A stretch of DNA of 64,000 bases. It comes from Blastocatellia bacterium AA13. Its GTDB lineage: Bacteria; Acidobacteriota; Blastocatellia; UBA7656. How positions within the stretch are numbered: the first letter of the stretch is position 1; each line of letters opens with the position of its first letter. Position numbers and translations under genes: made by a program. This document shows, one piece after another, positions 58,105 through 64,000 of this stretch. The DNA is taken from the NCBI GenBank assembly GCA_003222245.1, contig QHVH01000031.1, positions 24,650 through 88,649 on the forward strand, read 5' to 3'. The notes under the pieces were generated by a model. That model saw only the letters and a list, made by a program, of their open reading frames with translations. It did not search any database and was not told where the DNA came from.

Positions 58105-58334
58105 GATTTATAGAGAACTTCGATTTCGTAGTGTACTAGAAATCCATTGAGGTTACTAGCAGCATGCCGAGTCCCCCCCGAGTCCACACTGGAGGATGGC
58201 GCTGTATTATTTGGGTTGTAGCCCCCCAGCCGGACTATTATTGTTCTTTGGGCGGGTTTCGCCATTATGTCGTCGTTGAGATTGCCGCCGGCCCGAGTTG
58301 ACCTGAGTTTTGAAGCGCCGTTATCTTCTACGCC

Positions 58335-60155
58335 ATGCATAAATCAGTGATTGTTCTCTTACTCCTCTTATCGCTATGTCTGGGCGCCTTTGCGCGACAG
58401 TCCAAATCTGAGCAGAAGCCCGCTCCGAAGCAAGCGGCGCCCCAACGATCTTCGCGCGGCTTTATTTCTCCGTCCGAAGTCAATGTCCATATCGAAAGCG
58501 ATGTCAGGACTTTTGTCGCGATGGCGGCGGTCAACATGGCGGGATTCGATTATGAGAGCGCAGGTCAGCCGCTCTCTCCGGCTCGCGCCGAATTGCGAAA
58601 GGACCTGAGCTCGCTCGATCCAAAGCTCAGGGAGGAATTGAGGACCTTCTACAACTCCCATCGGCGCGCCGGTATTGATGAAGCCTCGGATGCTCTCCGT
58701 TATGCGGCGTTGAGTCTGCTGATGACCCCGCCGCCTCTCTTTTCGATAAACGTGAAGGATGATTCGATTCCTGAGGACCTCAAACCGCTTTTGCCTTTTA
58801 CGCGCGGAGGCGGCTCGGAATCGCCTGCGCTCATAGGTCAGCTCTATTCGAAGGCGGGACTGCGGCAGCTCGCGCAAAAATACCTGGGCGTCGCCGATGT
58901 GTATGCGGCCGCGTATCGCCAGCCGGTCGGCGAGGCGATTTTCGAAACCCTCGATTATTTTCATACCAACGCCGAGACGATCATTAACATGAGGCCGCTG
59001 GTCATCAGCACCGGCGAGCCGGGCCACAAAGCGGCCGGACCGAAACAACGAATAGTAGAGCGGAACAGGACGCGCCAGGTATTCATCATCATGGATCCGC
59101 TGGCCCCGATTGGGACCGCTACGGTTCGCGACGACATTCTCAATCAAAAGGACGATCTTCTTTCGCGGCGCATAGGCGACGACTACATCGTGCTGGTCGG
59201 TCCCTCGAATACGCCGAACACTGAAGCGATTAGAAGGGCCTTGATCAGATTCGTCATCGACCCGCTTCTCGAGCGCCATCTAAAGACTTCGCTTGCATAC
59301 AAAGATCAGATCACGAAATTGACCGGATCAATCGCCAGCGCGCAGGGGCCGTTTGGGGCCAGCGTCTATCTGGTGATGCGTGAATCGCTGGCGCAGGCTG
59401 CCGAAGCTCGAATGAAGCGCATCGAGGCGAACCACGGAGGAGGTTCGTATTCGGAGGACGACGCAACCTACGATCTCGCCCAGGCATACCTGCGCGGGGC
59501 CTCGCTTGTGTTTCACTTCTATGAGTCTCTCATTGGGCTGGAAAAAGTGGGTATAAGCATCGAGGACTTCTTCGATCAGATGCTTGCCACGTCCAACTTC
59601 GAACGCGAGTCCAAGCGCGCCGCCGACTTCGAGTCGACGGTCGCGAAGGTCTCGGCAATAAGAAGCGCGGCCGCCAAAACCGGCTCGGAAAGGGCTCCGA
59701 ATGCCGAGGCCGCGATCACTCGCAAGATTATTCAGTCCGACGATCTGATTCGCCAGCGCAAATTCTCGGATGCCAGGCCGATACTCGACGATATTCTTCG
59801 AGCCGACCCACGCAACGCACGAGCCTTGTACGGAATGGCTCAAGTCATTAATCAGATTCCCAGCGCGGCTGAGAGCGATCCGAAAGCCGAGGAGAACGAC
59901 AAGATCGAGGCGCAACACGATCGACTCGAGAGAGCGATAAAGCTGTACCGACGCGCTATTGAATCCGCATCATCCGAATCGGAGCGATGGATGATTCAAT
60001 GGAGTCACGTCTTCATTGGAAGGATCCTCGATTTCCAAGAGTTCAGGATAGACGCCATCGCGGAATATGAAAAAGCAATAGCCCTCGGAGAAGTACAGGG
60101 CGGCGCTTACAAGGAAGCTATCGAGGGAAAACAGAAACCATTCGGTCAGAAATAG
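58335..60155 (+). CDS. secreted hypothetical protein with C-terminal TPR-like repeats
   Basis: Signal peptide MHKSVIVLLLLLSLCLGAFA. The C-terminal helices are TPR-like (ALYGMAQVINQ..., AIKLYRRAIES..., AIAEYEKAIALG). Confidence 0.6.
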   Translation: MHKSVIVLLLLLSLCLGAFARQSKSEQKPAPKQAAPQRSSRGFISPSEVNVHIESDVRTFVAMAAVNMAGFDYESAGQPLSPARAELRKDLSSLDPKLREELRTFYNSHRRAGIDEASDALRYAALSLLMTPPPLFSINVKDDSIPEDLKPLLPFTRGGGSESPALIGQLYSKAGLRQLAQKYLGVADVYAAAYRQPVGEAIFETLDYFHTNAETIINMRPLVISTGEPGHKAAGPKQRIVERNRTRQVFIIMDPLAPIGTATVRDDILNQKDDLLSRRIGDDYIVLVGPSNTPNTEAIRRALIRFVIDPLLERHLKTSLAYKDQITKLTGSIASAQGPFGASVYLVMRESLAQAAEARMKRIEANHGGGSYSEDDATYDLAQAYLRGASLVFHFYESLIGLEKVGISIEDFFDQMLATSNFERESKRAADFESTVAKVSAIRSAAAKTGSERAPNAEAAITRKIIQSDDLIRQRKFSDARPILDDILRADPRNARALYGMAQVINQIPSAAESDPKAEENDKIEAQHDRLERAIKLYRRAIESASSESERWMIQWSHVFIGRILDFQEFRIDAIAEYEKAIALGEVQGGAYKEAIEGKQKPFGQK

Positions 60156-60257
60156 ACTGACGAATGCCCATGCTTGACACCTCCGCTGACCGGCGCCTAG
60201 AATCAAAATCTTTGTTAGATCGCTGCTCTTGCTGAGTTTCTTGTCACCGGGAGAAGA

Positions 60258-60719
60258 ATGGCGGACAACCTCGCGGCCGATTACTCCGATCGAGCCATTC
60301 ATTCAGAATCAATACAACCATTCCCGATCGCGCGGCGCGTTTTCGCCGTTATTGTAGCCTGGCTGGCGCCCGGGGCGGGCCATCTCGTACTGGGCCGTTA
60401 CTGGCGAGGGCTGATTTTTCTGGCGGTAATCGCGGGCTCTTTTTGCTTCGGACTTTATCTCCACGGGAAACTCTTCTGGCCCGAAGCAGCGGATCCCCCA
60501 TCGATGTTCCATTACGATTTGATAACCGTCTTGTGGTCTTTCGCCCAGGTGGGATCCGGATTGTGCTACGGTCTGGCGTACGCGCTCGGCATAGGTGTTA
60601 CTCCTCATCCGGAAGCGACTACATTTGATTATGGCAACACGTTCATGTTTCTTGCCGGCCTGTTGAATTATCTGGTCGTTCACGATGCCTTCGATATCGC
60701 CCAGGGGAGAAAGCGCTGA
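60258..60719 (+). CDS. small integral membrane protein (3-4 transmembrane helices)
   Basis: Hydrophobic segments VFAVIVAWLAPGAGHLVLG, LIFLAVIAGSFCFGLYL, ITVLWSFAQVGSGLCYGLAYALGIG and FMFLAGLLNYLVV. Confidence 0.55.
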   Translation: MADNLAADYSDRAIHSESIQPFPIARRVFAVIVAWLAPGAGHLVLGRYWRGLIFLAVIAGSFCFGLYLHGKLFWPEAADPPSMFHYDLITVLWSFAQVGSGLCYGLAYALGIGVTPHPEATTFDYGNTFMFLAGLLNYLVVHDAFDIAQGRKR

Positions 60720-60892
60720 TGCATCTATTGATGATGTTTCTTTACGCGGCGGCGACCGCCATCGTGTTCGGCGCGATCGATTCCAAGCCTGAAACACTGC
60801 GCGAGCGATTCATTCACGGACTCAAAGTATTCGCCTGGTTTATCGGAGTCGGCTTGTTGATCTCTCTCGTTTTGTTCCCAGTGCCATGGTAG
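60719..60892 (+). CDS. possible 57-aa membrane peptide, translationally coupled (ATGA overlap)
   Basis: The ATG overlaps the TGA of the previous gene. MHLLMMFLYAAATAIVFGAIDSKPETLRERFIHGLKVFAWFIGVGLLISLVLFPVPW has two hydrophobic helices. It is below the ORF-track length cutoff. Confidence 0.3.
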   Translation: MHLLMMFLYAAATAIVFGAIDSKPETLRERFIHGLKVFAWFIGVGLLISLVLFPVPW

Positions 60893-60923
60893 GCGACAGG
60901 TTATGGGGAGATGAGCATGGCGG

Positions 60924-61469
60924 TCAGTCTTTGCCGAAGCGTGTGACTGTGAAGCGTTGGATCAACACCTTCTCGCCAATCGAAATGCCCGCCTTCGAGT
61001 GAACCGCCTGCCATTGCTGCTCAACTGTTTGAATGCCCGATATTCCCGGCAGTAGTACGCCCCGCCGAAATCCATCCACGCTGCTGATGATTATGCCGAA
61101 TCGCAAGGGGTCCAGCTCCTCAGGTCCGCTGACCGGCTCAGGAGCCGAGAGCACATCCACGCCATAGACTATGTCGACAAGCTCTTCAGGAAGGACTCTT
61201 GAAAACCGATGATCGCGGCATGCTGCTCCTATAGCATTTTCAATAATCTCGGCGGCGACCGTTGGTTTTAGGGGAAGAATAGTTCCAATACAGCCTCGCA
61301 GATCTCCATCGCGCATTCGCAATGTGACAAACGCTCCCGCCCGCCCGGCAAGTATTCCTTGAGGATTACGCGGCGGCTCTATAACGACATGATCTCTGAC
61401 GAATGATTCAACCGAAATCCTGGCAAGGTCGGTCGGGGAAATGTTGTCGGGAGGAAAATCTACGCTCAT
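60924..61469 (-). CDS. AMMECR1 domain protein
   Basis: GAFVTLRMRDGDLRGCIGT matches the conserved AMMECR1 core, including the invariant Cys. Confidence 0.8.
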   Translation of the reverse strand: MSVDFPPDNISPTDLARISVESFVRDHVVIEPPRNPQGILAGRAGAFVTLRMRDGDLRGCIGTILPLKPTVAAEIIENAIGAACRDHRFSRVLPEELVDIVYGVDVLSAPEPVSGPEELDPLRFGIIISSVDGFRRGVLLPGISGIQTVEQQWQAVHSKAGISIGEKVLIQRFTVTRFGKD

Positions 61470-61475
61470 CTATCT

Positions 61476-62363
61476 TCAGCCAATAGTTTCAGCCGCTCTC
61501 GAACGGGTATTTTCGTCGACAAGAATCGCGACCATATATCCTACGCCGAACGGGCCCTCGTAGCTCAAGACTTGTTGATCGTGAAGCGACTCGCCCGCGG
61601 CTCCGAGCGCTACGATTATCGATCTATAGCCGCACTCTCCCGCGCGTTCGCGCAGAGCCGGATCGATTTCGACAATTGCCCTCGCATTTCCGCTCGCAAT
61701 GCCGCTGACAATCTGCTCGTCAAACAGATGGGCCGTAGGCTCGTACTTGTAAGGTCCGTCAACCTTAAGGCGATGACTCAAATCGCCGCTCGCGACGACC
61801 GCGACTCGCTTGCCGCTGGCTGCCGCCGCTCCTCGAATCGCGCGGCCGAATGCGAGGTGGTGATCAATCGACTGCATCGTAAAGCCGATAACGGCAACCG
61901 GGCCTTTCCAGCCCGCCTCGTGAAGGTAGTAGAGCGGCACAAGAGCGCCGTGATCGAGATGGTATTCCTGAGAAAGATCGTTCAGTCTCACGCTCTCGAT
62001 TCGAGCGGAGGCCACAATAGCATCGACGATCTCGTAGTCGTTTTGGAATCTGAGCTCGGTTTCGGGCGCGCCAAATTGCCGAAAGTCTCCATAGAGGTCG
62101 GGCGTGGATCGCGTAGTGAATGCCGCCGCATCGATCGGAGAATGAGGTGATATCAACACAATCGTGTCCGGCTTGGCCGCAATAAGCCTGTGCGAGAACT
62201 CGCGAAGAGCTAGCTGCGAATTCGCGACGTCGGCGAGCCGCGAGCCCCCGATTTCAGGTATCAACAAGGGAGGGTGCGGCGCTATTCCTGCGAATACTAT
62301 CGAACCTGCCAAAATCAGTGCCTCCCATCGGCGAGGAGAAGCGTTCCACAAAGCGTCAATCAA
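61476..62363 (-). CDS. class III extradiol dioxygenase-like protein (LigB/Memo1 family; AmmeMemoRadiSam protein B-like)
   Basis: The His-rich LigB-type fold shows FAGIAPHPP, VLISPHSP and HLDHGALVPLYYL. It lies 6 nt upstream of, and co-oriented with, the AMMECR1 gene. Confidence 0.65.
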   Translation of the reverse strand: MIDALWNASPRRWEALILAGSIVFAGIAPHPPLLIPEIGGSRLADVANSQLALREFSHRLIAAKPDTIVLISPHSPIDAAAFTTRSTPDLYGDFRQFGAPETELRFQNDYEIVDAIVASARIESVRLNDLSQEYHLDHGALVPLYYLHEAGWKGPVAVIGFTMQSIDHHLAFGRAIRGAAAASGKRVAVVASGDLSHRLKVDGPYKYEPTAHLFDEQIVSGIASGNARAIVEIDPALRERAGECGYRSIIVALGAAGESLHDQQVLSYEGPFGVGYMVAILVDENTRSRAAETIG

Positions 62364-62610
62364 AGTAATTTCTCAATGATAGGACTGCTCCCGTTGGAAT
62401 ACAACGGTCTTTCCTGGTTCCTTCTCACTCGCTTATCGGCACTGCGTTTGCGTAGAGCCTTCCGACACGATGCGTTTGGTCCGGCGCCTCCGGGGAATTT
62501 TCTGTCGAGTAGTGAACCCGATCGCGAGGCGAAACGACATAGAACAGTGGAGCGAGATTGTCTATGAGTCCGGCTGCGATGATCCACTCGCAGTTGAGCG
62601 CATTTCAGCA

Positions 62611-63873
62611 ATGAATTCAGAAGAAATTGTCGAATCCTCAGATTCAAATCCATCGCTGCCCGTTCGGCGAAGGACCTATCAACCGGTATGGCTACTCGGA
62701 ATCGGCATCCTTGGAGCCGTAGGCTTTTTCTTTTTTCAGCGCCCCAGCAACACAGACTCTGGAGGCGGATCGCGAAGACAGGCGGCGCCGCAGGCGATGC
62801 CGATTACCGTTGCCACCGCGCAAAAGGGCGACATTGGCGATTATGTGAGCGCCCTCGGCTATGTGACTCCGCTTAATACAGTGACGATACGGACTCGCGT
62901 GGATGGAGAGCTGCTGAAACTCAATTATCGAGAAGGCGAGATTGTTCAAAAAGACCAGATACTTGCCCAAATCGATCCGGCATTGTTTCAAGCGCAGTTA
63001 ACCCAGGCTCAGGGACAATACGACCGCGACAAGGCCCTCCTCGATCAGGCCCGAGTCGACCTGAATCGCTACAAGGAAGCGTACGCAAAGAATGCAATCC
63101 CGGGTCAGCAAGTCGACGTTCAGCAAGCCACCGTGCGGCAGGAGGAGGGCACGGTCAAGATCGACGAGGGTCAGATCGCCAGCGCCAGAACCAATCTCCT
63201 TTACACGACCATTCGAGCGCCGATCACCGGCCGCGTGGGATTGCGGCAGGTTGATGCCGGTAACATCGTTCATGCCGGAGACTCGAACGGTCTCGTGGTG
63301 ATCACGCAGCTTCAACCTATCACGGTTGTTTTCTCGGTTGCCGAAGACTATCTTCCGCAGATTCAGCAGCAGTTGCGCCGCAAGCAGATTCTAAACGTCG
63401 ACGCACTCGACCGCACTCAACAAAAGAAGCTTGCTAGCGGATCGGTCACTGCCCTGGACAATCAGGTGGACGCGACCACCGGAACAGTGCGCCTGCGAGC
63501 GCTCTTTCAAAACAAGGACAACATTCTGTTCGCCAATCAGTTTGTCAACGCAAAGCTGCTTATAAGAATCGAGCACGGCGTGACTCTGATTCCGACCGCG
63601 GCGATACAGCGTAACGGAGACAGATCTTTTGTCTATCTCGTCAAACCGAATCAGACCGTCGAGATGCACGACGTCACTACCGGGACGACCGAAGGCGAGG
63701 TAACCGTCGTCGAGGGATTGCAGCCCGGTGACGTTGTCGCAACCGATGGATTCGACAAGCTGCAAGACGGCGTCAAGGTGGCGATTCGCAACGGAAACGA
63801 AAGCGAGAACCGATCAGATCAAGGAGGCAAAGCACAGGAAAAACGCGGTGACGAGCAGGGGAGCGCGAAGTGA
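62611..63873 (+). CDS. efflux RND transporter periplasmic adaptor subunit (HlyD/AcrA/MdtA family)
   Basis: Transmembrane anchor [16 protein letters not shown], lipoyl/barrel motifs [20 protein letters not shown] and a C-terminal MPD. The start is uncertain: the ORF track begins at 62470, and the internal Met at 62611 gives a more typical length. Confidence 0.8.
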   Translation: MNSEEIVESSDSNPSLPVRRRTYQPVWLLGIGILGAVGFFFFQRPSNTDSGGGSRRQAAPQAMPITVATAQKGDIGDYVSALGYVTPLNTVTIRTRVDGELLKLNYREGEIVQKDQILAQIDPALFQAQLTQAQGQYDRDKALLDQARVDLNRYKEAYAKNAIPGQQVDVQQATVRQEEGTVKIDEGQIASARTNLLYTTIRAPITGRVGLRQVDAGNIVHAGDSNGLVVITQLQPITVVFSVAEDYLPQIQQQLRRKQILNVDALDRTQQKKLASGSVTALDNQVDATTGTVRLRALFQNKDNILFANQFVNAKLLIRIEHGVTLIPTAAIQRNGDRSFVYLVKPNQTVEMHDVTTGTTEGEVTVVEGLQPGDVVATDGFDKLQDGVKVAIRNGNESENRSDQGGKAQEKRGDEQGSAK

Positions 63874-64000
63874 ATCCCTCTCGCACATTTATTGTGAGGC
63901 CGGTCGCGACTTCGCTCTTGATGGCTGCCATACTCCTGGCCGGTATAGTCGGTTTCAGACAACTGCCTGTCTCCGCCCTCCCCGAAGTCGATTATCCTAC
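63870..64000 (+). CDS. RND multidrug efflux permease (AcrB/MdtB family), 5' end only; truncated by the window edge
   Basis: GTG overlaps the adaptor stop. Hand translation gives [43 protein letters not shown], the canonical AcrB/MdtB N-terminus. Confidence 0.8.
   Translation, partial: MNPSRTFIVRPVATSLLMAAILLAGIVGFRQLPVSALPEVDYP

Overview
This is a high-GC bacterial chromosomal segment. The gene content suggests Acidobacteriota: there is an ADOP-type FtsX permease and several BNR/Asp-box proteins. This lineage call is an inference, not a database result.

Reading left to right:
- 1-10.1 kb holds a polysaccharide-biosynthesis locus: AsnB-type amidotransferase, Wzx-like flippase, methyltransferase, two glycosyltransferases and a polytopic membrane protein with a spermidine-synthase fold.
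- 10.2-11.3 kb encodes a secreted protein with two heavy-metal-binding motifs.
- 12.5-18.6 kb is a minus-strand housekeeping block: ppx, lysC, hom, an RDD-family gene, tmk and hfq.
- 18.6-19.6 kb is a lower-GC non-coding stretch of about 1 kb that contains short repeats.
- 19.6-22.4 kb encodes a 946-aa BNR/Asp-box protein.
- 22.4-28.9 kb is an accessory island that looks like a decayed mobile element. It carries VirB8-like and VirB9-like remnants, an Ntn-hydrolase, an XRE regulator, orphan and frameshifted antitoxin genes, a higBA pair, a cluster of triloop hairpins, and a new 114-bp repeat present as one solo copy and a tandem array. No integrase was found.
- 28.9-33.0 kb is a three-gene cluster: an acidic protein with a histone-H1-like tail, a membrane protein, and an SPFH/flotillin protein with repeats.
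- 33.2-43.8 kb holds nitrilase, gatC, a second BNR protein, a PHI-1/EXORDIUM homolog, a DsbA-like protein, an amidohydrolase and an ADOP permease.
- 44.5-51.7 kb is a multicopper-oxidase-cusB-cusA operon with upstream direct repeats.
- 51.7-54.5 kb is an rsbW-rsbV-(pseudo-caspase + TPR) operon.
- 54.6-64.0 kb holds aroA, aroK, a disrupted ycf45-like ATPase gene, an AMMECR1 + Memo/LigB-like pair, and the start of an RND efflux operon.

The best candidates for something undescribed are the 114-bp two-hairpin repeat family, the hairpin-dense segment inside the island, the partner-switching operon whose output is a catalytically dead caspase-TPR protein, and the H1-tail/membrane/flotillin cluster.

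The ORF-track coordinates appear shifted by about +1 relative to my base counting near 53.6 kb, so refined starts may be off by 1 nt there.
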